From Rhodospirillales bacterium (lineage in GTDB: Bacteria; Pseudomonadota; Alphaproteobacteria; Acetobacterales; Acetobacteraceae), in the NCBI GenBank assembly GCA_028870815.1, contig JAGWOU010000001.1:1-33779 (forward strand): a stretch of 33,779 nt of DNA. The letters are read 5' to 3'. The translations under genes were made by a program, and so were the position numbers. Positions within the stretch are counted from its first letter, which is position 1; each line of letters starts with the position of its first letter. The notes under the pieces were generated by a model that had not been told where the DNA came from, made no database searches, and saw only the letters and a program-made list of their open reading frames with translations. This document shows, piece after piece, positions 7,557 through 16,838 of this stretch.

Positions 7557-10500
7557 CTACTCCGCCGCCATCACATGGCCGGGGTCCACCATGTCCATCG
7601 CGCGGTGGAAATCCACCGAGAGCAGGCGCGAAACCCCGCGCTCCTGCATCGTCACGCCATAAAGCCGGTCCATCCGCGCCATGGTGAGGTGATGGTGGGT
7701 GACGACCAGGAAGCGCGTGCCGGTTTCGCGCACCATGTCCTCCAGCAGATTGCAGAAGCGCTCCACATTCGCATCGTCCAGCGGTGCGTCCACCTCGTCC
7801 AGCACCGAGATCGGGGCCGGGTTGCATTTGAACACGGCGAAGATAAGCGAGAGCGCGGTGAGCGCCTGTTCGCCGCCTGAGAGCAGTGAGAGCGTGCTGA
7901 GCTTCTTGCCCGGCGGTTGCGCGAAAATTTCCAACCCCGCTTCCAGCGGATCGTCCGAGCCCACCAGCGCCAGGTGCGCCTTGCCGCCGCCGAACATGCG
8001 GGTGAACAGGGTCTGGAAATGCTTATCCACCTCCGCGAACACGGTGGAGAGCCGTTCCCGCCCTTCGCGGTTCAGATGCCCGATGGAGCCGCGCAGTTTG
8101 GCGACGGCGGAGGTGATCTCGTCGCGCTCTTTGTCGATGGTGGCGATGGCTTCTTCCGCCTCGTTCACCTCGATCTCGGCGCGCAGGTTCACTGCCCCCA
8201 TTTCCTCGCGTTCGCGGATCAGCCGTTCCCAGCGTTTGCGGGCTTTGTCCTCCACTTCGGCGTTCAGGAATTCCGGTGGCTCTGGCAGTTCAGGGTTGGC
8301 GCCGAGGCGTTCCAGAATCCGCTCGGCCACCGTGCCCCAGGCATGGTTGGCGGTGGCGATATTGCCTTCCTCGCGGGCACGGGCCTCTCGCGCGGTGCCC
8401 ATTTCGGTCTCGGCGGCGCGGGCGGCGCGGGCGGTGACCTCTGCCGTGCCCTGTGCCTCCTGCAAGGCCCTGGCCACGCGCTTATGCTCGGCCTCGGCGT
8501 TTTGCAGGGTTTCCAGCGCCTCCATATGCGAGGTTTCGGCCTCGGATGGTGCCGCTTGCAATGTTTCCAGCCCGGCCTGCGCCTCGGCCAGCCGGGCGCT
8601 GAGGTCGGTCAGCCGGTCGGCGGCGTCTTTGCCGCGCTCGGTCCAGCTTGCCAGCTCCCGTCCCAGGCTTTCCAGCCTCTGGCCGCGCTGGGTGTCGGCA
8701 TTGCGCAGGGCCGCCAGCCGCGCCCGTGCCGCGCCCTCGGCCTGGCGGGCCGCGTTCAGCGCCGCGCGTGCCTGCTCCACTGCCTGGCGGGCCGCGTTCA
8801 CATCCGGCAAGGCGGCGTGGGTCTCGCGCAGGGTAGCCAGGGCGGCTTCGGCTTCCGTGGCTTCGGCGGCGGTTTGGCCGGCTTGTGCGGCGGCGGCGGC
8901 GGCGCGGGAAGCCCCGCGTTCGGCCTCGGCTGTCAGCCGGATGGCCTCGCCACGGGCTTTGTCGAAACGCTGCTCGGCATGGCGGCGGGCCTCGCGGGCG
9001 GTGTTCTCGGCGGCGCGGTGTGTTTCCCGGGCTTTGGCCTCGGCGGCGCGCGCCTCATGCTCGGCGGCTTCGGCGCGCAGGCGTTCATCCTTCGCGGCCT
9101 GTGCGGCTTCCCGCGCCTTGGCGCGCTCGCGGTCCAGCTCTGCCAGGCGGTTGCGTTGCTTCAGCCGTACCGTCGCCTCGGAGGCCGCGCCCGCGCGGAC
9201 GGTATAGCCATCCCAGCGCCAAAGCGCGCCATCCCGCGAAACCAGTATCTGCCCTGGGGTCAGGTTGCCCTGGTGCAGGTCGCCATCCGCGCCTTCCGGC
9301 AGCAGCAGAATATGGGAGAGGGCGCGCTTCAGCGCCTCCGGCCCCTGGGCCAGCTGGGCGAAGCTGTGCAGCGGCACCACCGGCAGGTCGAGATCCGGCA
9401 ATTTGCGCCAATGCCGCGCGGCCTGGATGTCGGCGGAGGCGGAAAGCTCATCGCGCAACGCCGCGCCCAGGGCGGCTTCCAGCCCCGGCGGCACGGTGAT
9501 GGAATCGAGGATTGGCTGGCTCTCCCGGCCGAATTTCTGCGCCAGCAGAGCGGCCAGAGCGTCATATTCCGTACCCACCTTGGTGGCGGCGGCTTCCAGC
9601 GAGGAAGCGCGGGATCGCGCCCCAGCCAGCTCTGCCTCGGCGGTGGCGCGGGCTTCGGCAGCCTCGGTCTCGGCCTTGGCGCGGGCGGCTTCGGCTTCCG
9701 TCACTGCCTCGCGCGCCGCCAGCAGCGCGGCCTCGGCCTCGGCGCGTTCGGTTTCGGCGGCCTGGACGCGCTCCGGCGGGATCAGCGTCGCGGCGATCTT
9801 GTCATGTTCAGCCTTGGCTTCGGCGGCGCGCTGGGCCGCGCGTTTGGCGCGGGTCTCGGCCTCGTTCAGCGCCCGGCGGGCGGCTTCAGCCTCGGCGGCG
9901 AGGCGGGCGGCATCTTCCGTCGCCCGGGTGGCGGCGGCTTCGGCCTCGCGCATCGCCTCCAGCGCCGCATCTTCGGCCTGCCCGGCTTCCTCTATGGCGG
10001 CGGGGGCGGAGACGGTTTCCTCCAGCAGCGCGTGCTGCTCGGCTTCCAGCCTTGCCTGCGCCGCCTGCGCGTCCGCCACCAGCTTCTGGGCGTGGCCATG
10101 GTCGCGGGTTAGCGCGTCCAGCCGGGTTTTGGCCTCGGTCAACGCGGCACGGGCGCGGGCTTCGGCCTCCTCCATCTGCTCGGCGGCGATGCGTGCGCGC
10201 TCCAGCAGCGTGCGGGCCTCGGCCTCGGCGTTGCGCAAAGGTGGCAGGGCGGCTTCGGCGGTTTCCGCTGCGTCGGCCGCGTCCCGCGCCTTCGTCGCGG
10301 TTTCCGCCACCTTGGCCTCGGCGGCGGCAAAGGCGGCCTGGGCTGCTTCCCGCGCCGCCACCGCCATGGCGCGCTGCACGGAGAGCAGCTCCGCCTCCGC
10401 GGCGCGGATATTGCCGGAAAGGTTCTTATACCGCGTGGCCTGCCGGGCCTGTTTCCGCAATTCACCCAGCCGCGCTTCCAACTGGCCTTTCAGGTCATCG

Positions 10501-11087
10501 GCACGCAGCAGATTCTGCTCGGCGGCTCTCAGCTTCAGCTCAGCCTCATGCCGGCGGGCATGCAGCCCGGTAATGCCGGCGGCTTCCTCCAGCAGGGCGC
10601 GGCGCTCATCCGGCCGCGCATTCACCAGCGCGCCGACGCGCCCCTGGCTGACCATCGCCGAGGCGCGGGAGCCGGAGGCGAGATCCGCGAACAATGTCTG
10701 CACATCGCGGGCGCGGGCTTCCTTGCCGTTGACCCGGTAATTGCTGCCGGAGCCGCGTTCGATCTTGCGGGAGATTTCAAGGTCCGCCGCTTCCTGGAAA
10801 GGCGGCGGGGCCAGGCCCAGCGTCTCTTCCAGCGTAAGCGTGACTTCCGCGAGGTTGCGGGCGGCGCGGCCCGTGGTCCCGGCGAAGATCACATCCTCCA
10901 TCTCGTTGCCGCGCATGTTGCGGGCATTGGCCTCGCCCATCGCCCAGCGCAGCGCCTCGATGACGTTTGACTTTCCGCACCCGTTCGGCCCCACCACCCC
11001 GGTAAGACCGGGAAGAATCTCCACGGTCGTTGGGTCGGCGAAGCTCTTGAAGCCGGCGATACGCAGCCGGGCGAAACGTGCGGGCAT
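7557..11087 (-). CDS. smc: Chromosome segregation protein SMC
   Basis: GFKSF, Walker A GPNGCGKSN, long Ala-rich coiled coils with a central hinge, signature LSGGE, Walker B/D-loop LDEVDAPLD, VVTH. Confidence 0.97.
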   Translation of the reverse strand: MPARFARLRIAGFKSFADPTTVEILPGLTGVVGPNGCGKSNVIEALRWAMGEANARNMRGNEMEDVIFAGTTGRAARNLAEVTLTLEETLGLAPPPFQEAADLEISRKIERGSGSNYRVNGKEARARDVQTLFADLASGSRASAMVSQGRVGALVNARPDERRALLEEAAGITGLHARRHEAELKLRAAEQNLLRADDLKGQLEARLGELRKQARQATRYKNLSGNIRAAEAELLSVQRAMAVAAREAAQAAFAAAEAKVAETATKARDAADAAETAEAALPPLRNAEAEARTLLERARIAAEQMEEAEARARAALTEAKTRLDALTRDHGHAQKLVADAQAAQARLEAEQHALLEETVSAPAAIEEAGQAEDAALEAMREAEAAATRATEDAARLAAEAEAARRALNEAETRAKRAAQRAAEAKAEHDKIAATLIPPERVQAAETERAEAEAALLAAREAVTEAEAARAKAETEAAEARATAEAELAGARSRASSLEAAATKVGTEYDALAALLAQKFGRESQPILDSITVPPGLEAALGAALRDELSASADIQAARHWRKLPDLDLPVVPLHSFAQLAQGPEALKRALSHILLLPEGADGDLHQGNLTPGQILVSRDGALWRWDGYTVRAGAASEATVRLKQRNRLAELDRERAKAREAAQAAKDERLRAEAAEHEARAAEAKARETHRAAENTAREARRHAEQRFDKARGEAIRLTAEAERGASRAAAAAAQAGQTAAEATEAEAALATLRETHAALPDVNAARQAVEQARAALNAARQAEGAARARLAALRNADTQRGQRLESLGRELASWTERGKDAADRLTDLSARLAEAQAGLETLQAAPSEAETSHMEALETLQNAEAEHKRVARALQEAQGTAEVTARAARAAETEMGTAREARAREEGNIATANHAWGTVAERILERLGANPELPEPPEFLNAEVEDKARKRWERLIREREEMGAVNLRAEIEVNEAEEAIATIDKERDEITSAVAKLRGSIGHLNREGRERLSTVFAEVDKHFQTLFTRMFGGGKAHLALVGSDDPLEAGLEIFAQPPGKKLSTLSLLSGGEQALTALSLIFAVFKCNPAPISVLDEVDAPLDDANVERFCNLLEDMVRETGTRFLVVTHHHLTMARMDRLYGVTMQERGVSRLLSVDFHRAMDMVDPGHVMAAE

Positions 11088-11098
11088 TCAGCCTCCTT

Positions 11099-11716
11099 TT
11101 AGCCGCCGGCTTTGGTCAACAGCCCGGCGAAGGTGTCGTAATCCATGGCGCCAGGGTGTTTCTGGCCGTTGATGATGAAGGTTGGGGTGGCGTCTATCTT
11201 GTCGACCTGCTCGGCTTCCTGCTGGCCGTTCAGAATCCATTGGCCGAGCGCGGTATCGTTCCAGGCCGTGTCGTAGGTCGCCTGGTCCATGCCGGCGAGG
11301 GCGGCATATTTGAAAATGCGCGCATGGTAATCCTCGCCCTGCTGGAAAGCCCAGTCGCTCTGGCTGGCGAACAGCGCCTCTATGAAGGGGTAGTATTCCG
11401 CCACGGGCAGATAGCGCGAAACCTGCGCGGCCTTCAGCGCCACCTGGTCCAGCGGGAAATCGTGATAGATGAAGCGGACCTTGCCGGTATCCACGAAATT
11501 CGCCTTCACCTTCGGCATCGTCACCGTGGCGAATTCTCCGCAATGCGGGCAGGTGAGGGAGAAGAACTCCTCCACCGTTACCGGCGCGTTGGGTGAGCCG
11601 ATGGAGCGTTCCGTTTCCGTGAGTGGGGTAGCCGTGCCCGAGTCGGCCCAGGCGACGCCTGGCATCAAACCTGTGGCACCCACTATGGATAGTATGGAAC
11701 GGCGGGAAATTAGCAT
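11099..11716 (-). CDS. DsbA-family thioredoxin-fold protein with twin-arginine-like signal
   Basis: SRRSIL signal, GSPNAPVTVEEFFSLTCPHC, cis-Pro ATPTF. Conserved position upstream of smc. Confidence 0.9.
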   Translation of the reverse strand: MLISRRSILSIVGATGLMPGVAWADSGTATPLTETERSIGSPNAPVTVEEFFSLTCPHCGEFATVTMPKVKANFVDTGKVRFIYHDFPLDQVALKAAQVSRYLPVAEYYPFIEALFASQSDWAFQQGEDYHARIFKYAALAGMDQATYDTAWNDTALGQWILNGQQEAEQVDKIDATPTFIINGQKHPGAMDYDTFAGLLTKAGG

Positions 11717-11776
11717 AAATTCTCCTATATATAGTGTAGCCAGATTTTTCTGCGGGAGTCCAACCCGAAGGTTGAG

Positions 11777-12220
11777 TTATCCACGGGATTTTATGCCCTG
11801 GTAGAGCCGGGCGAGGGCCGCGCCGAGTTCGCCAGTGGGCAGGTTTCGCGGGGGCGGGGCTGTGTTGCGCGGCGCGGCGCGGGCTGGCGGCGTGGAGGCA
11901 GGGCGCGGCGCCTGCTGTTCAAAACGCAGCCGCTCCACCGCGTTATGTCCCAGTGCCAGGTTCAGCCGCGCGATGATCTGCGGCGCCGTCATCTGCAATT
12001 CCATCGCCATTGGTCCGGTACAGCCAAGGGTCAGCGTGCCGCCGGCGAATTTCAGCGGCGCGGCGCGCGCGGCCAGTTCCGGCCCGGCCAGTTGCGGCCA
12101 GTCCGCCAATATCTGTGCGGCGGCGGGGGCGCGGCGGCGAAAGGCTGGGCGGGTGACCGGGGCCAGAATCGCCGCGATTCCGCGCGGCGCGAAATTGCGC
12201 GGCGCTGGTTCATCCGGCAC
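11777..12220 (-). CDS. DUF721 / DciA-family protein (start uncertain: GTG 12220 or 12265)
   Basis: RPAFRRR...ILADWPQLAGPELA...P...GTLTL...AMELQM...IIARLN..LG...VERLRFEQ. Typical mutY-DUF721-dsbA-smc context. Confidence 0.8.
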   Translation of the reverse strand: MPDEPAPRNFAPRGIAAILAPVTRPAFRRRAPAAAQILADWPQLAGPELAARAAPLKFAGGTLTLGCTGPMAMELQMTAPQIIARLNLALGHNAVERLRFEQQAPRPASTPPARAAPRNTAPPPRNLPTGELGAALARLYQGIKSRG

Positions 12221-12231
12221 AATCGGCGCCC

Positions 12232-13269
12232 GTGGCGCCCGCTTCTTCTTCCCTTCCTCCGGCACGGAAACTCCTTGGCTGGTATCACCGGCACCGCCGC
12301 CATCTGCCCTGGCGCGCCGAGCCGGGAGAAGTGGCGGACCCGTACCGGGTCTGGCTCTCCGAGATCATGCTGCAACAGACGGTGGTGGCTACCGTGAAGC
12401 CCTATTACGCCAAATTTCTGGCGGCGTACCCCACCGTGCAAGCCCTGGCGGCGGCCAGTGTGGAGGATGTATGCGCCTTGTGGGCGGGGCTTGGGTACTA
12501 CGCACGGGCCAGAAACCTGCATAAATGCGCGGTTGCGGTGGCGCTTCTGGGCGAATTCCCAAATCGTATCGAAGCGTTACGCGCCCTGCCAGGCATCGGG
12601 CCGTACACCGCCAACGCGGTGGGGGCGATCGCCTTTGGCCTGAAAGTGCTGCCGGTGGATGGCAATGTGGAGCGCGTCGCCGCCCGCCTGTTTGCCATTA
12701 CCGCGCCGCTGCCCGGCTCAAAGACAGAGATCGCCGCCGCCGCCGAAACATTGATGCGGGACAAAGCCGCGCAGCAGGCCCCGGGAGATTTCGCCCAGGC
12801 GCTTTTCGACCTTGGCGCCACGATCTGCGCGCCGAAATCACCCAATTGCCTCATTTGCCCATGGGAAGCGCATTGCCAGGCGAAAGCGGCAGGGCTGGCC
12901 GAGATGCTGCCCGCCAAGGCGAAAAAGCCCGAGCGCCCGCGCCGGGAGGGTGACGCCTATGTGCTGCTGGACCGGGACAACAACGTGTTCTTGTTACGCC
13001 GCCCGCCGCATGGTCTGCTGGGCGGGATGCTGGCGCTGCCGGAAGCGCCGCCGGTGAAAGCCCATTGGCGCCGGGCCGGAGCGGTGGAGCATATCTTCAC
13101 CCATTTCGCGCTCACCCTTTCCGTGCATGTGGCACGGGTAGCGGAACTGCCCGAAGGCGCGCTCAGCGCCCCCGCCGGAACGGCTCCTCTGCCTTCCGTC
13201 ATGCGCAAGGCGCTTGACGCGGGATGCCGGGCGCTCAACCATGCGGGTAATGGAAAACGATCCGCATGA
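12232..13269 (+). CDS. mutY: A/G-specific adenine glycosylase
   Basis: RHLPWR, WLSEIMLQQT, WAGLGYYARARNL, HhH LPGIGPYTA, VDGNVERV, and the 4Fe-4S motif C-X6-C-X2-C-X5-C. Confidence 0.95.
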   Translation: MAPASSSLPPARKLLGWYHRHRRHLPWRAEPGEVADPYRVWLSEIMLQQTVVATVKPYYAKFLAAYPTVQALAAASVEDVCALWAGLGYYARARNLHKCAVAVALLGEFPNRIEALRALPGIGPYTANAVGAIAFGLKVLPVDGNVERVAARLFAITAPLPGSKTEIAAAAETLMRDKAAQQAPGDFAQALFDLGATICAPKSPNCLICPWEAHCQAKAAGLAEMLPAKAKKPERPRREGDAYVLLDRDNNVFLLRRPPHGLLGGMLALPEAPPVKAHWRRAGAVEHIFTHFALTLSVHVARVAELPEGALSAPAGTAPLPSVMRKALDAGCRALNHAGNGKRSA

Positions 13270-14275
13270 CGGCCTGCTGGCCATAGACACCCATGTCGAT
13301 ATTCCCTGGCCGGAAGGCCCCAGCCCGTTCGAGGACGGGCCGCGCTGCGTCGATCTGCCGAAGTTGAAGCGCGGGCACGTGGGCGCTGTTTGCTTCGCGG
13401 CCTATATCCCGCAGGGGCGCCGTGACGATGCGGGGCATCTGGCCGCCACCAAGCGCGCCCGTGCCATGCTTGCCGCCATCGCCGCCATGGCTCCGGCGGA
13501 TGGTTCCGGCGGCATGATGGCGACGAGCGCCGCCGGCATCGAGGCCGCTTACGCCGCGGGCCGACCCGGCATCGTCCCGGCCATCGAAAACGGCTACGCC
13601 ATCGGGCGAAACCTGCCCTTGCTGGACGAATTTGCGGGGCTGGGTGTGCGCTACATGACCCTCACCCATAACGGCCATAACGAGATCGCGGACGCCGCCA
13701 TCGCTCTGCCAAGCCTCGATGATAAGGACGAGGCTTATGGCGGGCTCTCGGATTTTGGGCAGGCGGTGGTGGACCGCATGAACGAGCTGGGCATGCTGGT
13801 CGATGTCTCGCATGCCTCCAAGAAAACCATGATGCAGGCGGCCCGGCGCTCACGCAGCCCGGTGGTGGCGACGCATAGCTGCGTGAAGGCGCTGTGCGAC
13901 CACAAGCGCAATCTGGACGACGAACAACTGGACATGCTGGCCGCGACAGGCGGGCTGGCGCAGATCACCATCGTTTCCAATTTCCTGCGGCCACGGGCCC
14001 GGGCAAGCGATCTCACCGTGGAAGACATTGTCGATCATGTCGATTACGCGGTGAAGCGCATGGGGATCGAGCATGTCGGCATCGGCACGGATTTCGACGG
14101 CGGCGGCGGCGTACGCGGCTATATGAACGCGGCGGAGACGCCCAACTTCACCGCCGCTCTGGCGCGGCGCGGTTATGGGCGGGAGGATATCGCCAAGATC
14201 TGGGGTGGGAACTTCCTGCGGCTGATGAGGAAGGCCGAGGAGGTTTCGGAGGAACGAAAGGCGGCGGCGGATTAG
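13250..14275 (+). CDS. Membrane dipeptidase family (M19) peptidase
   Basis: DTHVD, IENG, MTLTHNGHN, MLVDVSH, ATHS, RNLDDE, GIGTDFDGGG, WGGNFLR. The start could also be 13241. Confidence 0.92.
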   Translation: MENDPHDGLLAIDTHVDIPWPEGPSPFEDGPRCVDLPKLKRGHVGAVCFAAYIPQGRRDDAGHLAATKRARAMLAAIAAMAPADGSGGMMATSAAGIEAAYAAGRPGIVPAIENGYAIGRNLPLLDEFAGLGVRYMTLTHNGHNEIADAAIALPSLDDKDEAYGGLSDFGQAVVDRMNELGMLVDVSHASKKTMMQAARRSRSPVVATHSCVKALCDHKRNLDDEQLDMLAATGGLAQITIVSNFLRPRARASDLTVEDIVDHVDYAVKRMGIEHVGIGTDFDGGGGVRGYMNAAETPNFTAALARRGYGREDIAKIWGGNFLRLMRKAEEVSEERKAAAD

Positions 14276-14411
14276 AGTCGGATGACATGAGATCGAATCG
14301 CCTCGGCGATCGCTCTCATGTCTGAATCCGTCTCTGAATCAATGAATGAGAGGGCGATTCAGACTTCAGTTCCGCTCGCAAAGCGAGCGAACCTAAAGTC
14401 ATCGCGCTCTA
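14273..14411. mobile_element. Miniature two-hairpin inverted-repeat element (CIR/Bru-RS/RIME-like)
   Basis: Imperfect terminal IRs TAGAGtcgGATGAC (14273-14286) and GTCATCgcgCTCTA (14398-14411). Internal stems GACATGAGA/TCTCATGTC and CGCTCGC/GCGAGCG. Five GANTC sites. Confidence 0.7.
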
Positions 14412-14420
14412 GTGTGGCGT

Positions 14421-15317
14421 TCAGCGGGGCGGCCATAGCCAGGCCGCGCCGCGCACGCCGGAGGAATCCCCGTGCTTTGCCTTCACGATGCGCGGCGCCA
14501 CTTGGTCTGAGAACACGTAAGGCCGCATTAGCCCCGGCAGCGTTGCGTAGAGATGCTCCATGTTGGAAAGCCCGCCGCCGAGCACGATGCAATCCGGGTC
14601 CAGCAGATTGGTGATTACGGCGAAGGCGCGGGCCAGCCGGTCGACGTGGCGGTCGAGTGTTGCCTGTGCCGTCTTATCCCCGGCGGCGGCGCGCGCGGGC
14701 AGGGCGCTGGCATCGGTATAGCCCGGCCCATCGCATTCGCGGGCGAGAGAGGGGCCGGCCAGATACAGCTCCAGGCAACCCGTCTGCCCGCACCAGCAGT
14801 TGCGCAGGGGCAGTTCGTCCGGTCGGGGCCAGGGCAGGGGTGTATGGCCAAACTCCCCGGTCAGACGGTGGCGGCCTTCCAGAATGGCGCCGTTCACCAC
14901 GATGCCCGCCCCGGTGCCGGTGCCGAGGATCACGCCAAACACGATGGAATAGCCGGCGGCGGCGCCATCCACGGCTTCCGAAAGGGCGAAGCAATTCGCG
15001 TCATTGGCCACGCGCACCTCGCGCCCCAGCAGGCCAGCGAGATCACGGTCGAATGGGTGGCCGTTCAGCGCGTTGGAGTTCGCGTTTTTCACCAGCCCGG
15101 TGGCGGGTGAGATGCAGCCCGGTATCCCCACGCCCACGGTGGCGCCCGGCCCGGTTTCCTGCTCGGCTTCGGCCACCAGTGCCACGATGTTGCGCAACGC
15201 GGCATCGTACCCAGCGGGGGTGGGGCGGCGGCGGCGCAGCAATTCCGCGCCGTTTGCGTCCAGAACCATAATCTCTGTCTTGGTGCCGCCGAGGTCGATG
15301 CCGATGCGATGAGCCAT
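14421..15317 (-). CDS. ROK-family sugar kinase (fructokinase Mak-like)
   Basis: IGIDLGGTKTE, ANDANCFALSEA, LGTGTGAG, GEFGH, CWCGQTGCLE zinc motif, GDSSGVRGAAWLW. Confidence 0.92.
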   Translation of the reverse strand: MAHRIGIDLGGTKTEIMVLDANGAELLRRRRPTPAGYDAALRNIVALVAEAEQETGPGATVGVGIPGCISPATGLVKNANSNALNGHPFDRDLAGLLGREVRVANDANCFALSEAVDGAAAGYSIVFGVILGTGTGAGIVVNGAILEGRHRLTGEFGHTPLPWPRPDELPLRNCWCGQTGCLELYLAGPSLARECDGPGYTDASALPARAAAGDKTAQATLDRHVDRLARAFAVITNLLDPDCIVLGGGLSNMEHLYATLPGLMRPYVFSDQVAPRIVKAKHGDSSGVRGAAWLWPPR

Positions 15318-15397
15318 GGTCGCGTTCTGGTCCGAAATGCTTTCTTGCTCAAGACATGGCGCTTGCCCAAGGCCGGGCTAAGGCGCATGACTCCCGC

Positions 15398-15634
15398 ATG
15401 GGTGAACGTCTGATCGATGCACAATATCAAAAATCGCCGATTCCCGTGCTGCGGGCGGCGCGCGCGCTGCGTGGGCTGGAGGCGGGCGAGAAGTTGCGGA
15501 TTCTGGCCACCGACCCAGCAGCGCTTGCCGATATCCGGGAATTCTGCAAAGCCGCCGGCCACGCCTTGATCGCCACCAGCGAGAGCAAGGGCGTGTTCAG
15601 CTTTTCCATCAAATGCCAGCGAGGAGAAAAATGA
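15398..15634 (+). CDS. TusA/SirA-family protein lacking the canonical Cys
   Basis: LIDA..QKSPIPVLRA..AL..L..GE.L.ILATDP....DI..FC...GH pattern. CPxP is replaced by SPIP. Confidence 0.8.
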   Translation: MGERLIDAQYQKSPIPVLRAARALRGLEAGEKLRILATDPAALADIREFCKAAGHALIATSESKGVFSFSIKCQRGEK

Positions 15635-16554
15635 GCGTCGCACTCTTCACCCATCCCGTAGCCTTGACGCATGATACGGGGCCGCACCATCCAGAGTGCC
15701 CGGACAGGCTGCGCTATGTTATGCGCGCGCTGGAGGCGCCTGAATTCGCCCCGCTGTTGCGCGAGCAGGCCCCCGAGGCCACGCGGGAACAACTGGTAGC
15801 CGTGCATGACGCGGCATTCGTCGACGCGATTTTTGCCCTGCCGCAGGACCGGATGATCGCCATAGACGGCGACACAATTTTTAGCCCCGGCACGCTGGAG
15901 ACGGTGTTGCGTGGCGCGGGTGGCGCGGTGGCGGCGGTGGATGCGGTGATGGAAGGTAAGGCCAAAGCAGCCTTCGTGGCCATGCGCCCGCCCGGCCATC
16001 ATGCGGAATCCGACCGCGCCATGGGGTTCTGCTTCTTCAACAACGCCGCCGTGGCAGCGCGCCACGCCCAGGCGAAATGGGGGCTGAAGCGCGTCGCGGT
16101 GGCGGATTTCGACGTGCATCACGGCAATGGCACCCAGGAAATTTTCTTCAACGATGCGTCGGTGCTGTATGCCTCGTCGCATCAATCCCCCTGCTATCCT
16201 GGCACCGGCGCGCGTTCTGAAACCGGAGTGGGTAACATCTTCAACATGCCGCTGCCGCCCGGCACCGGCGGCCAGGGTTTCCGCGAAGCCTGGCGGGAAG
16301 GCATTTTGCCGGATCTGCGGGCCTTCGCGCCGGAACTGCTCATCATTTCCGCCGGGTTTGATGCCCATGAGGCCGACCCGCTGGCGCAGCTGCGGCTGAC
16401 GGAGCCGGATTTCGCCTGGATAACGGAGGAATTGCTGGCGGTGGCGGATGAGTGCTGCGCCGGGCGCGTCGTCTCCATTATGGAAGGCGGCTATAACCTT
16501 GATGCGCTGGCTTCTAGCTGTGCCGTGCATGTGCGCGGCCTGATGCGTCTGTGA
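15631..16554 (+). CDS. Histone deacetylase-family amidohydrolase
   Basis: HPECPDRL, RPPGHHA, MGFCFFNN, DFDVHHGNGTQ, SAGFDAH, EGGY. GAGGAG RBS and ATGA overlap with the tusA-like gene. Confidence 0.95.
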   Translation: MSVALFTHPVALTHDTGPHHPECPDRLRYVMRALEAPEFAPLLREQAPEATREQLVAVHDAAFVDAIFALPQDRMIAIDGDTIFSPGTLETVLRGAGGAVAAVDAVMEGKAKAAFVAMRPPGHHAESDRAMGFCFFNNAAVAARHAQAKWGLKRVAVADFDVHHGNGTQEIFFNDASVLYASSHQSPCYPGTGARSETGVGNIFNMPLPPGTGGQGFREAWREGILPDLRAFAPELLIISAGFDAHEADPLAQLRLTEPDFAWITEELLAVADECCAGRVVSIMEGGYNLDALASSCAVHVRGLMRL

Positions 16555-16596
16555 CGCCATGGTTGTGATTCGGGCGCCGCGCGGGTAGGGGGGTGC

Positions 16597-16833
16597 ATGA
16601 CAGTTAATTCAGATATTGCCGCCATGTCCTTCGAAGAAGCGATGGCGGCGCTTGAGGCGATCGTGCGCGGTCTCGAATCCGGCCAGCAGAAGCTGGAGGA
16701 TGCGATCACCGCCTATGAGCGCGGCGCGGCGCTGAAAAAACATTGCGAGGACAAACTGGCCCAGGCTGAAGCGCGGGTGCAGGCAATCGTGGCGCGGGCG
16801 GATGGCTCGCTGGCTCTCAAGGATGGAGAATAA
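16597..16833 (+). CDS. xseB: Exodeoxyribonuclease VII small subunit
   Basis: MSFEEAMAALEAIVRGLESG...LEDAI.AYERG..L..HCE.KL..AE.RV. Directly upstream of ispA. Confidence 0.93.
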   Translation: MTVNSDIAAMSFEEAMAALEAIVRGLESGQQKLEDAITAYERGAALKKHCEDKLAQAEARVQAIVARADGSLALKDGE

Positions 16834-16838
16834 CAAAA

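Noticed and set aside
8700-10400. Quasi-repetitive GGCGGC/GCCTCGGC tracts
   Set aside because: These come from Ala/Glu/Arg codons in the SMC coiled coil. No fixed repeat-spacer period, so not a CRISPR array or tandem repeat.
7699-10740. Very long plus-strand ORFs (up to 731 aa) antisense to smc
   Set aside because: Shadow ORFs expected from a GC-rich, Ala-rich coiled-coil gene. No motifs or RBS.
14318-14614. Short ORFs crossing the miniature repeat
   Set aside because: They overlap the ROK gene and the palindromic element, and the translations are not protein-like.
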